A stretch of DNA of 64,000 bases from Lama glama (lineage: Eukaryota). The position numbers were made by a program, and so were the translations under genes. The notes beneath the pieces were generated by a model. That model did no database searches. It was not told the DNA's origin and was given only the letters and a program-made list of their open reading frames with translations. Shown in pieces: positions 24,340 through 36,725 of the stretch. The stretch spans positions 14,014,001 through 14,078,000 of the forward strand of contig CM052816.1 in the NCBI GenBank assembly GCA_028534125.1, in the 5' to 3' direction. Each line of letters starts with the position of its first letter. The stretch's first letter is position 1.

Positions 24340-25107
24340 TAAAATAAATAAACCTACCTAGTAGAAATAAGGTTGGGATGCAGGACATTAAAACAACATC
24401 AATAACAACAAAAATTATCCAACTCTATATCCAACCTGCAAATAACATACTTGCTACAGCCTCTGTGAAGCCCTAAGGATCTTGGCCCAGAATCAAAGAA
24501 TTCTAATTGAGACTCTGGACAAAGCATCCCTTTCAATCATCTTTTCCATCTTTCTTTCTCTAAACAGGTATGTAGTACATGAAGGTCTAGAGTGGAAAGA
24601 TGTGACCCAGGAAGCAAGAGACAAACTCTTCTTCCTACTGTTGTCTCAGTGCCGTGTATGTAGTAGTTGCTCAATAAAACCATTCTGGACTGAGCATTAC
24701 TGATCCAGTCACCAATGACCCAGCTCACTCAAACATGCAGCCAATGAGTCATCTTCTCTCTGTATGGCAAATATCTCTTGCAATAAATTCCTTAACAGAT
24801 TACTTTTACTTCCTACAACAATTGCTCTCTTTCTCCATCCTTCTCTCTCTCCTCTGACGTCAGCCTTGCATTTCTTCCTATTCCCCATTTTGCCTTTTTG
24901 GTTGCTCAAGACCTTTCCTTTCCTTCTAAATTCAAAATAATGACATTACCTAAGGCACTTAATAATCTACACTTTATTCACTTCTCCATCCTTTAACCAC
25001 CAAACCGTGAGTCATCTACCATCCTCACCCAGCCTATACGTCTCCTCACAAGCACAGTGACTGCATTGGAAATAGCTGCAACTTTTTACCTCCTGCCCCC
25101 AGAAAAT

Positions 25108-25132
25108 ACACACACACACACACACACACACA
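25108..25132. repeat. (CA)n microsatellite
   Basis: Directly visible. Confidence 0.9.
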
Positions 25133-26479
25133 AACTAAAATCAGCTTCTCACAACTGAGATATCAACATCGCTATGACTGTCAAGAGAGATTTCTTCCTA
25201 GATTCTGATCTCACAGCCACCTGAAATATTTTTATTTGGAATGTTAAATACTTTTTTGTTCAGGCTGAGAGCCGGAAAATAAATCTAAGCGTCCATTGCT
25301 TGTCGGCTCCTTATGTGACATGATCAGTCACTTGAACTTCCTGTGACTAAATTCCCCCTATTTCTATAACAGGCGAACGCATTTGCCAGTGTGTAATGTT
25401 AGCCAAGTTCTGGTAACACACAGATGGAAAGCTTCACGTAAATGTTAAGCAAGGTGATTACTCTCTGGAACCCACTATGCCATTGGCAGCCCCTGAGAAT
25501 GATGATGATTATTTTTATCTTCCTTTTAGAGCATCTTAGGAACTCACAGGTCTTCAGAGAAAAAAAGCTGTGAGATTCTGAAAGAGATTCACAAATCCAC
25601 TAGCTCTTTAAATCCAAGCGGAACCTTTTTACTCGAACTTTAGGCTGGGAAGAGACAAAGTTAACTCAGGATATAAAAGAAGCAGGTGGTACCTTAAATT
25701 TACGCAGCCTCCCTTCTGCCAAAACCCACCACCGCTCACACGTGTCATTTGATCATCGCTGTCTCCTTTCACTGGCAGTTTTTCTGGAGCAAAGAATACA
25801 AATAAAGAAAAGTTTAAAGATGTTTACTATGGATACAAATTCTTCCTTTCTTATCACCACGGTTAACGTAATCCCATTTAGATGAGCTCCCTGGAAATCT
25901 TTCTTCTTACTAAGTGGCTTCAAATCTCTAACTCACTGTGGGAAACTCCTCCCAGCCTGACTTCTCTCCTCTCTTAGGGGACAAAGCTGGGCCCCCTTTT
26001 ACTGCTTCCTTCCTCCTTTATCTCTAGGACAGTGCCCCCCGACCCCAGTTGCCCGTCTGCTGCCAGGGGTGTGGGACCTGGCTTCCTGAGAGGCCCCCCA
26101 GGGGACAGCTGACACAACCCTGAAAGGCAGGGGAGTAAGCTCGCGGGGGTGCGCCTTTGACCAACGGGAAACAGGAGTCGGGCAGGGTGGGAAAGCGCGC
26201 CAGAGTCCCTGACTTCCACCCGCAGCAGCTCTGCCGAGACGCGATTCCTCGGGCAAACTGCCTGCAGCAGCCCCCACGCCGAGGAGCCTTCGGCTTATCC
26301 CAAAATGGTGGCCAACACACAAAAATAATCCAAGTGTCCTATGGCATCTTCCCCTCTTCCCTGCCCCCTCCTGGGACTTCACCCTCCCTGATGAAGCAGA
26401 AGTGCGTTAGCCCTGGCCATCTCAGACCCTGCTTTCTGGGTGGCCAGGCTAAGATGCTTATCTTCTCTAATCCAATATT

Positions 26480-26655
26480 TCTCCAGGCGTGATGCGCAGA
26501 CCACCATCAGGGTCCTCTGGGGTACCTGCTGAAGAGACAGCTTCCGGGCCCACTCCAGAAATTCAGCCTCAGTAGGTCTGGGATGGGTACTAGAAATCTG
26601 TAGTATTAAGTCCTGCAGGTGACTCAGACACCTTCAAACGTGATGACCGCCGATC
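26480..26655 (+). mobile_element. MER5A hAT MITE
   Basis: GGGCCCACTCCAGA..CAGTAGGTCTGGGATGGG..CAGGTGA matches the MER5A pattern. Confidence 0.6.
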
Positions 26656-28234
26656 CAGGTTCCTCCAGTGTCCCCAGCTCTGCTAACAGGACTTTCTGGT
26701 TACCCGAGGCAGACCCTGGGCTTGTTCTCATTTCTCCCACACTTTAGCTGAGATGACCATCTGCTGGTGCTGCACCCCTGGCATGAGCCGCTGTGCTCTC
26801 CTTGTAGTTTCACTGCCCCCCACCCCACCGCCGCCGCTTGGAGATCATCTCCTTTTGCCTGGAATTCCATCAAAGCTTCCTGAGTGTTCTCTCCACCTGC
26901 TTTCTGCCAAAGTGGGACTAGAACTGGAGATCAGGCTGCATGTGTCCTAGAGCACCCAGAACAGGGCAGGACAAGACGTGGGCACTCCAGTTCTGTCATG
27001 GATATACAGAGTCCCTGAGGTCATGGGTCCCCAGTCAGGTAAAGCCTGGCCTCTATTGGTGCCCCACCCGTGTGGAGAATTTCATCCTTCCATGATTGTG
27101 ACACTCACTCTGCCGATCAGGATGAGATGCGCTGAGGACCACGTGAGCAGGGCTGGCCCATCTACCCCCGGTAACCCCCATCTCACGGGGCACACTATAC
27201 ACTGTGGGTGCCCTGCCCAGGCTGCTGACAGCTGGGATAACAGGATGATAAAATCCGCTCCTTTTCCTCCTTTCTCTCCCTCTCAATCCTCCCATCCCTG
27301 TGTTACTCCATTCCCTCTGCCATTCCCTTTCCCAACTGATGAACTCTACCACACCTCGAGCCCTCTCCTCTGCTGCCTTTGGCCTGACTTTGGCCAAAAT
27401 CCATTTGATTGTACCTGTGTGCTGTTTACTTCCTTCTCTACATGCCTATTCTTCCTGACTTGAGAAACTGAAGTAAAAATGTCCTTCCTTATCACAAGGA
27501 CACCAATTGTATTGCTCAACTGTGAAATTACAGCCAACATTTGTTAAGCATTTACCATGCATCTGCTGGGCATTTCATAGCTTGGATCTCTCAACAGCCC
27601 TAATAGTACTATTTTTAATCCACCTTTACAGATGAGAAAACTGAGGCTTGGAGAGATTTTGACTTGCCTATCGAAAGGGCTGGAGCTTGTCTGAACACGA
27701 GATCTAGGACCTTAACCACCCTGGTACATTCTTTCTGCCTTGCCTGATGATGCATGGTGATTTTCCCCACTGCAGGTCCCCAGAATGGATGCCTCATGCT
27801 ACACAACTGCCCCCCAAGTCCAAGTTCATGGCTGATACAAATCGACCCGCCCGGATAGCAGGTTACCAGCTTCACAGTCCTGCTCCTCAGTCAACACTGG
27901 TTTTTGCAGATCTAACTTTAAGTCCCATTTGCCACAAGGTCAAGCAGACATTTCATTTCTGGATAATACAGTCTTCACATCTGGCTCGCCTCACAAGCAC
28001 TGTTGCCACATCAAGCCAGCAGCTCATTTGCCCCCAGCATCCATCCACACTGTCATCCACTCCATCCCCCAAAAGCCTGCATCATGTTCTTTCATCCTAG
28101 CATCTGAACCATGACAGAAACATGTCTCAGAGCCACCGCCAGTGACTCACAGGACCCATGACAGAACCTCTGTGCACATCTGACAGTTTCTCCTTTGAAA
28201 TCGCCTTCCGAAAACAAATTAGCCCTCAGTCTCC

Positions 28235-28714
28235 TGAGACAGGCTGGGATCTGGGTCCTGGGACACTTCACTGCAGTGCTCCACTAGGACAAACGTCTCC
28301 TCCAGCAACAGAACACAAAGAAACTATAAGGGACTCAAAATAACTGTAGGCACGCACACCTGGGGCAAACTATGAACAAGATACAAAAAGACCAAAAGCC
28401 CGACTGCCACTTCAGAGGTGCGAGGAGCAAAAGCAGGGTAGTGCACATGCGTGTGACCCCTGCACAAGCACCACCAAGGCGGGGGGCTGACCACCCAAGC
28501 CACCCCTCCAGCCCGACCCATGGATCTGCCCCTGCCTTCACCACATTTAAGGGACCAGTTTGCTCCCCTACTCAGGGAACGAGCAAGGGAACCTGTTGCT
28601 TGTTTTCCCTCCCTGGTTCTGGAGTGAGTCCCAATAAAGCCTTGCCTAAAGTTCTTGTCTGGCCTCTTATCAACTTCTACTGATTAGGGAGTCCAAGAAC
28701 CCTGGCTGGTAACA
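28235..28714 (+). mobile_element. ERV1-class solo LTR (MER41-like)
   Basis: 480 bp with TG...CA termini (TGAGACAGG / GGTAACA), AATAAA at 28633-28638, TATA-like ATTTAAG near 28545, and 4-bp flanks CTCC/TTCC consistent with an ERV1 TSD. The family name comes from recalled termini. Confidence 0.78.
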
Positions 28715-29281
28715 TTCCCAGGGATCTGTCCTCTCTTCTCAGTAACTCTATGTGGACTCTCTGTTTCCTTCTCCTGCCTCTGTCTTTGTCCTTCTGAGTC
28801 TTTAAAACTGACCAAGATCTGAGCCAAGGGACGAGGTTAACTATTTGGCTTCAGCGTGCTACTCATTTCATCAATGCATAGCGCTAGCCTCCCATTTTCT
28901 AAAGGCCCAAGGCATCTCATCATGGTCCTGTTCCTCCTTCTTGGATCCCGAGGAGATAGCAGCTGTCTACCATCCCAAGCTTAACTTTTAATTTAAGCTC
29001 GGCTTTCTAGCTATCTCACTCTCCCCAGCCCTGCACATCTGGAACCATTCACAAAGCAGTGGTTGAAATTTCCACTAATTCAAATGGAATGCTAGGGATG
29101 GAGGCCATTGGGAGGCCCTCAGCTCCCCTCAGGTCCCAGGGCAGGTCGTTCTACTCTAAGAAATCCATGCATCACCAACACCCTAGAGCATGCCTGCTGG
29201 GGACAGAGCCTAAACCAGAGCACGGGAGCACCCCAGCTCCGCAGGTGGTGGCCCTGAGGCACGCAGAGACTCAACTGAGAG

Positions 29282-29642
29282 TGCTACGCATGGACTTGTG
29301 GCAACCCCACCCCCAAATCCTGATGCTGAAACCCTAACCCCCAGTGTGACTGTACATGGAAACAGGATCTTTAAGAGGTAATGAAGGTTAAATGAAACCA
29401 TAAGGGTGGGGCCCTGATCCAACAGGACTGTGGCCTTCTAAGAAGAGGAAGAGATCTCTCAGTCTCTCTAACTCCCCCAACCATGTGAGGACACAACCAG
29501 AAGGTGGCCATCTACAAGCCAGGAAGAGAGCTCTCACTGGAAACCAACCAGGCTGGCGTCTTGATCTCAGACTTCTTAGCGTTAAGAACTGTGAGAAATA
29601 AATTTCAGTTGTTGAAGTCACCTAGCCTTTGACTGATTAACA
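29282..29642 (+). mobile_element. MLT1A-type solo LTR
   Basis: CCCTAACCCCCAGTGTGACTGTA, TAAGGGTGGGGCCCTGATCC, CCATGTGAGGACACA, AGAACTGTGAGAAATAAATTTC. Confidence 0.8.
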
Positions 29643-30969
29643 CAGACAGCAAGCTCTTATGTCCACATCCAGCCTATGTGGTTCACAGGGAAAACCAGGA
29701 ATCCAGAGCACACTCCCCACATTGGCACAGCCACTCCGCCCGGAAAGGGTAAGGAAATCAGGGAGGGCAGCAAGGAAATTGGGAGAAACACTTGTGAAAC
29801 GGATCCATGCATCACCAGTAAGCATTTATGGAATGCCTATTGTGTGCAATAAGAAATACTTCCATTGTTTATAAACACTTGGAAGAAAGATCTGGAAAGA
29901 TATGCATTAAATGGATAAGGGTCACCTCTGGGATGAGAGGGAGAAAAAGGGCAAAGAGGATGATGAAGAGGGACTTTTAATGACGTAAAATTATTTTAAT
30001 GTGTTCACCTATAAAAAGAGAAACATACAGACTTATAAACATCTGCTGAATGAATAAGAAAGACAGTATCCAAGGCTTAGCGGATCCAGCTTTCCTGTGT
30101 GACAGGCAATCCTACTCCCCAGACCTTTTCTCTGGGACCTGGGATGCAATGACTCTGAAGGCACTGAGGGATTGTCTGTCCTATTAATGGCTGTATCCCC
30201 AGAACCTAGCAAGGTGCCTGGCATATAATCAATGCCCTGACACTGGTTGCTTAGGTACATGAATGAATAAATTGGGCCAGGGCCCAAGAGGAAAGTTCTG
30301 TGCCAGGTCTAACCCTGGCCAGGAGATTTAGTTGAAGCCCCAGAAACACCTCAGAGAGTATCTGTGGAATAAGGCTTGAGTGCAGGGCCAACGGAGAATC
30401 TGTAAAAATTCTCAAGATGGTTCAGGGGACTCCGGGTGGCACATGCCCCAGGTGAAGAGCCAGGGAGACCAGCGCTCTGGAAGGAGAGTCTAACGGCCCA
30501 ACCTTTACAAGGAACACTAGTGTCCCTGACAAGGGAGCATTCCCCTTCTGCTACCAGACCACCAAGACCCACAAGTTCCCGTGTGGTCCTGTACAGACCC
30601 TGCCCTCCCAGAACATGTCTGAGTCCGGATGCAGATGACTTCTTGCAATGCCATATTGAGATTCAGCAGAGCCCAGAAGGGGAGGAGCCCAAGGCTCTTG
30701 CTCTCGACTGCTTGGGATGGAATCCTGACTCCATCACTTAACTGAGTCAGCTAACTTTGGTGCTCAAGTGTCCCCATCTGTAAAACAACCTTCTCTATGG
30801 AAACCATTTGGAGTGGTGCCTGGTCCTGGAAGAGAGGTGGTTGTTGAATGGAACTCGGATTGATGTGAAGATAGCCAAGCAAGGTTATGTGGCTTCACTC
30901 ACACAGACCCTATCATCCCAACCCCTAGGAATAAAGTAAGCTGCATCAAAACCTACATTCGATGCATTG

Positions 30970-31145
30970 TTGTGATGGTCTTTAGAGGTGCTACCTTGGC
31001 TAGACTCAACGACAAGGACAGAAGGAGGCAGAAGCCACTTCACAGAGTGCACACATTTTCTCCCAGTTATTCAGACAGTAATGTAGGCGCTGCTATGAAG
31101 GGATTTTACAGATGTGATCAAAGGCTCATCCTCAATGGGTCCAAC
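30970..31145 (+). mobile_element. MLT2 (ERVL) LTR 5' fragment running into gap
   Basis: TGTGATGG..CTTGGCTAG and CCCAGTTATTCA..TAGGCGCTGCTATGAAGGGATTTTACAGATGTGAT. Confidence 0.55.
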
Positions 31146-31645
31146 NNNNNNNNNNNNNNNNNNNNNNNNNNNNNNNNNNNNNNNNNNNNNNNNNNNNNNN
31201 NNNNNNNNNNNNNNNNNNNNNNNNNNNNNNNNNNNNNNNNNNNNNNNNNNNNNNNNNNNNNNNNNNNNNNNNNNNNNNNNNNNNNNNNNNNNNNNNNNNN
31301 NNNNNNNNNNNNNNNNNNNNNNNNNNNNNNNNNNNNNNNNNNNNNNNNNNNNNNNNNNNNNNNNNNNNNNNNNNNNNNNNNNNNNNNNNNNNNNNNNNNN
31401 NNNNNNNNNNNNNNNNNNNNNNNNNNNNNNNNNNNNNNNNNNNNNNNNNNNNNNNNNNNNNNNNNNNNNNNNNNNNNNNNNNNNNNNNNNNNNNNNNNNN
31501 NNNNNNNNNNNNNNNNNNNNNNNNNNNNNNNNNNNNNNNNNNNNNNNNNNNNNNNNNNNNNNNNNNNNNNNNNNNNNNNNNNNNNNNNNNNNNNNNNNNN
31601 NNNNNNNNNNNNNNNNNNNNNNNNNNNNNNNNNNNNNNNNNNNNN
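31146..31645. other. Assembly gap (500 N)
   Basis: Run of exactly 500 N; true size unknown. Confidence 0.99.
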
Positions 31646-31841
31646 ATCAGAACCACAAATGTCTGCTACAGTGGATTCAGAAGGGCTCGAAATGGAAGCA
31701 GTAATAACAGGTCCTACTTGTAAGCACTTACTATGTGTCAGGTGCCATATAAAGTGGTTCATATGCATTTACAGAGTTTAAACTACACAAAAGTATTGAG
31801 CAGGTACAGAGAACAGATCCAGGGAGAGCAGAGCAATTTAC

Positions 31842-31952
31842 TAGGGTTGCCAATCGTGCTGGTTTGCCCAGGACTGAGGGGTTTCTTAGAGAGGACTCTT
31901 CAGTGCTAAGACCAGGGAAATCTCAGGGAAACCAGGGCTGCTGGTCAGTCTA
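31842..31952 (+). mobile_element. MER81 (hAT-Blackjack MITE)
   Basis: TAGGGTTGCCA...TGGTCAGTCTA termini, with internal GGTTTGCCCAGGACTGAGGGGTTTC and TTCAGTGCTAA. Confidence 0.7.
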
Positions 31953-32379
31953 GTCTGGTCAGACAGATGTAGGTCCAAATTTTAGCTTGCACACCTGGGA
32001 AAAGTGACAACTTCTTGAAACCTTGGTTTTCCCATTTATAAAATGGGTATAACAAGAGTATCTCCCTCACAGAATTTTTGCGGAGGATTAGAGACAATAT
32101 GCATAAAATACTTAGTGCATCACCAGGTATGTATTAAGGGCACATGTCAGAAATTAATCTTAACTCCCAGAGAACTTGACTTTGCCCACATTACAACAGA
32201 AGATAGACTCGAGATTTCAACTCAAGACTGAACAACTCCAAGCTGTATTTTAAATCCCTAAGCATTTATTGCATCCCCACCCAGAAAACGACTGATGCTA
32301 CAGGAAGGTGGAGGAAAGGAGACAGGTCAGGATTAGCACTACCAGCTATCCTAATATTTAAGTCAGACAAAAGAGGCCG

Positions 32380-35300
32380 AGCCAACAGAGAGAAGAAACT
32401 GATCACCGATGGGGATGATACTAACCCAGATACAGACCCAGAAATGTCACACAGAATAGAAACAGTATACAAAACCATTAAAACGGGACTGTTTACTCTA
32501 TGGGTTCAAGAAAGTTAAAGGAAAGCAGGAGCATGTTAAGGAGAGACATGAAAGATAGAGGGGGAAAAAAGCTTTGAGTCAAATTTCTTGAGATGAAAAA
32601 TACAGTGCAAGATGTAAAGTAAACTGGATGGTATTAAGAACAGATTAAACATTGCAGAGGGGAAAAAGTGGAATAATTATAAAAGTCAGGAGTGGCAAAT
32701 CAGATCCAATGTTGCAGAGAAACCAGTAGGTTAGAAACGTATTACTCTCGCAATCATGAAAATCAAAAAAAAGTTAAGAAGTTGAGGGATGTTGACTTCC
32801 AGGGATGATGGAGCAAAAGAAATTGACTTACTCTACCTTACACAAATAGAAAAACACTCAGAATTTATGAGACAACAGTTTTCAGACAATGGGCAGAAAG
32901 CACAAGACAGTGATCCCCTGACGGAAGGGAAACAAAAGAGAGTAAACCCTGAGAGCACCCCAGCTGACTGTGTGGAGAGCACGTCCAGGCTGCAGTGCAG
33001 GGAGGAGTAATGAAGATGGTGGCATAATCCCCAGAGGCCCAGAAGGGGCCAAGAGCAGTTCATGTTCCATCCGATGAGAATGGAAAGAACTCCTAGTACA
33101 TGGAGCCTCAAGCAGGTCCTCCGGAGGGTCCTGCTTCAATACTGAGCACACATTAGCTTAAATCAGATGTTGGCAAATTCTGAAAGGATCAGATACTAAG
33201 TATTTCAGGCAGTGGCCATGCAGCCTCTGCTGCCACCACCCAGGTGTGCTGTTGGAGCACAAAGGCAGCCACAGCTACGATGTAAACAAATGGCTACGAC
33301 TGTGTTCCAAATCAACTTTATTTCCCAAAACAGGCAGCTGGCCTGTGAGCCATAGTTTGCCAAATCCTGGCTTATCCTTAAGATTGTTCTGGACTCAGCC
33401 TTGGAAGTATCAAACGAATCCCAAAGACCTTAGTAGCATCCTAGAACAACAAAGTGCAAGAAAATTTATAGGAGTGCAAAAACTCCAGGACCCAGCAACG
33501 CAACATTCACAACATTGGGAAGCCGATCAAAAATTACAAGCCATGCAAAGAAGTGAAAGCAAAGCCCATAATGAGGAAGAAAAAAAATCTATTAAAGAAC
33601 AAACCCAGAAATGTCACATATGACAGAAGTAGTACGTAAAACCATTTAAACAGTACTATAAACATACTCTGTGAGTTCAAGAAAGTTAAAGGAGAGCAGG
33701 AGCATGTTAAGGAGAGACATGAAAGACAGAAAAGGATTTAAGTCAAACTTCCAGAGATACAAAACACAATGCAAGATGCAAAATAAACCGGATGGTATTA
33801 AGAACAGATTAGATATTGCAGGGGAGAAAAAGATTAAATAACTTAAAGACACAGCAAGAGAAACCACCTAAAATGAAATATTGACAGAAAAAAAAATATT
33901 GGAAAGAAATGAACAGAACCATCAAGGGAGCTTTCGAACACATGAAGGAGGCTAATATACTCGAATATGGACTTCAAGAGAAAAAGAGGACAGGAGTAGG
34001 GTCATAAAAATATATTTGAAGAAAAAAAGTCTCAAAATTTTCCAAAGTTGATGCAAACTATAAAATTCAGTAAGCCCAACAAATCTCAGAGAGAAGAAAC
34101 ATAAAGAAAGGGCATATATCATAATCACATTGCTTCTAATCACTAATAAAGAGAAAAAATTTTGAATAAAAAAAAAAAGGACAAAAGACTGACAGCTGAC
34201 TTAATATCAGAAACAATGCAATCCAGACGCTGGTAGTGTCTTTTTTTAAATACTGAAAGAAAACAAATTGTCAACCTAGAATTCTATACCCAGCAAAAAA
34301 ATTTCTCAAAAATAAAGACTTTTTTAACAAAGAACAAAAGGATTCATCATGAACCCGATCACCACTATGAGAAATATTTAAAGGAAGTCTTTCAGACAGA
34401 GGATTAAAGATAGCCAAAGAAAATGTGGGTCTAACACAAAGAGATGGCAAGCACCAGAAATGAAAAATATGTGGATAAACATAAAACATTTCTTTCTTAC
34501 TTTAAAAAAATCTCCTTAGAAGAGAAGCAATTGTTTAAAGGAAATATATTTAGCAATAGTGCTCTGAGGGGTTCATAGCACACATAGAAACAAAATGAAC
34601 AATAACAATGGCACAAAGGGAGGAAAGGGGAAAAGGTGAAAATAAACTGTTGCAAGATTTTTTATAATAAACTGCAAGTAATAATGATGTCCCTTTAAAG
34701 ATGGTGGCTAAAGATGTACACTGTAAACCCTACAGGAAACTCTAAAAAAAAAATTAAAAGAGGTACAGTCAATTCAACCAATAAAGGAGATAAAATGGAA
34801 TCATATTGACTACAAATGGACACCAGGGATGTTTTTGGGGTGTTAAAAATATTCTAAAACTAGACTGTGGTGATGGTTGCAGAACTCTGTAAATTTACTA
34901 AAAAATGCTGAGTTGTATACCTAAACTGGGTAATTTTATGGTATGTAAATTATACCTTAATAAAGTTGCTAAAAAATTAGAAACACTTAATCCAAAGGAA
35001 TGCAGATAGTAAAAATAAAACAAAAATCAGATGGGACAAATAGCAATATGATAGATTTTTAAAACTTATAAACTAGAAAGGCCTAAAGAATTTTGATAAA
35101 GCAATAGTTGCAGGATGACACTACCTGATTTCAAGAATTATTATAAAGCTACAGAAATAATGACAGTGTGTCATGAGCATAAAGACAGCTATGCAAAATA
35201 AATCAAACAGAACAGAATCTAGACACAGAGACCTGTATTTATTGTCAACGGATTTTCAACTAAATTGTCAAAGCAATTCGACGAGGAAAAAACCATCTTT

Positions 35301-35600
35301 TCACCAAATGGTGCTGAAGCCACTGGATACTCACGAGCAAATAATAAATAAACAGATTTTAAAGCCTTGCTCCACATGACCGAAAAAATTAAAAAGCAAG
35401 TCAGTGGTTGCCAGGGGCTGGGGCAGAAGTCAGTGACTAACTGCAAAAAGGAATGGGAGATCTTTCTGGGGAGATAGAGATGTTTTATATTACAATTAGT
35501 GATTATAAGACTTTATACACTTTTTATATAAACTCATTGAATTGTGCACTTAAAATGGGTTTTACTGTATTAAATTATACCTCAAAGCTGACAAAAAATA
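32380..35600 (+). mobile_element. Composite of old L1M fragments (5' end, ORF1, ORF2 and 3' UTR pieces)
   Basis: A-rich plus strand with the ORF1 motif TGTCAACCTAGAATTCTATACCCAGCAAAA (about 34270), ORF2 CTACCTGATTTCAAG..TATAAAGCTACAG (about 35120) and 3' UTR motifs (34800-34980, 35390-35590). No intact ORF. Confidence 0.75.
33164..33369 (+). mobile_element. MER58A hAT MITE inserted in L1
   Basis: CAGATGTTGGCAAA...TTTGCCAAATCCTG TIRs, internal TGTGTTCCAA..ACTTTATTT, partial TSD GCTTA. Confidence 0.75.
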
Positions 35601-35756
35601 AAATATACTGGAATCAGTAATTAGACCAGAGCAAGCAGGAGACTAACCAGTAGGGAAAATAGTCAAACTTCTGTATTTAAACCAATTTTTAAATACTTAT
35701 TTTGGTTTGTATTTTACAGCATACATAATGTATTTGGACAGTAGCATATGTATATA

Positions 35757-35959
35757 CAGTTGACCCTTGCACAAGGCAGGAGTTGGGCTGCCAACTCCTG
35801 TGTAGGCGACCATCCTGGTCTAACTTCATAGTCATCACTCTGTACCCACAGATTCAATCAATTGCAGATCATGAAGTACTGTAGTTCTTGTTTATTGAAA
35901 AGAATCTGCATATAAGCAGACCTGCACAGTTCAAACCCGTGTTGTTCAAGAGTGATCTG
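35757..35959. mobile_element. MER8 (Tigger2-derived MITE)
   Basis: TA|CAGTTGACCCTTG ... GTTCAAACCCGTGTTGTTCAAGAGTGATCTG|TA; TIRs with a TA target duplication. Confidence 0.8.
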
Positions 35960-36563
35960 TAATTTATAAATGAATATTTATATATGGAGGCACATACTCC
36001 ATTCTTCCCCACTGATAGGGATGAACCATTTAAAACATGTGGAGACCTCCATGGCGGTTGTTGCCAGCCTAGAAGGGCAGCTTCAGGGATGCAGTGGAAG
36101 TGGAAACCAGGCTGTAATAGCTATTGAGAAGAGCAGAAAACAAACAAACTTCCCTTTTAAGACACTTGGTGGAGAGAAAGGGTACAGGCACCAGCAGGGC
36201 GGAGGGCTGAGGGAAGGTGATTACTTGTAGAGTAAGTCATTTTAAAAGAGGTTTAAAGGAAGGAGTCAGAAAAGATACATCAATAATAAAGTCAGGGAGA
36301 GAGAGCAGGAAACATGGTGGATAAAATACCCAATTTGCAGGAAGAGATGGTTCCGGGGCCTCGGTAAAGAGCTGAGAGAGAGAAAGTTGTGAAGCTGCCT
36401 GTCTCATTCTTTAATGAATTATTTAGCAGGATCTTCAGGGTAAGGAAGAAGATGAAGTAGGAGAGAAGTCTCTGGAATAACCAACACGGGCAATAATGCG
36501 CAGAACTGAGTAGTTCCACATGCATGTGTCAATAAGCGGTTGTGAGAAAGGAGCTCAGCTTCT

Positions 36564-36725
36564 ATCATCAAGTTATTTTTACCACAATGGCACCCACTGC
36601 ACACTCACATTTCCAACCTAACCCTGAGATGATGGACAAGGGTCATCATCAAGTTATTTTAACCGCCCTGGCACCCACCACACACTCACTTTTCCAGCCC
36701 AACCCCGAGATGATGGACAAGAGTC
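36564..36725. repeat. Tandem duplication, 2 x 81 bp
   Basis: Units start ATCATCAAGTTATTTT at 36564 and 36645, and both end GAGATGATGGACAAG(G/A)GTC. Confidence 0.9.

Noticed and set aside
30972..31781. Long ORFs spanning N runs (also 58350-58910)
   Set aside because: Artefacts of the assembly gaps.
35777..35800. Perfect 10-bp hairpin CAGGAGTTGG/CCAACTCCTG
   Set aside because: Inside MER8, whose subterminal region is naturally self-complementary; too short for a pre-miRNA.
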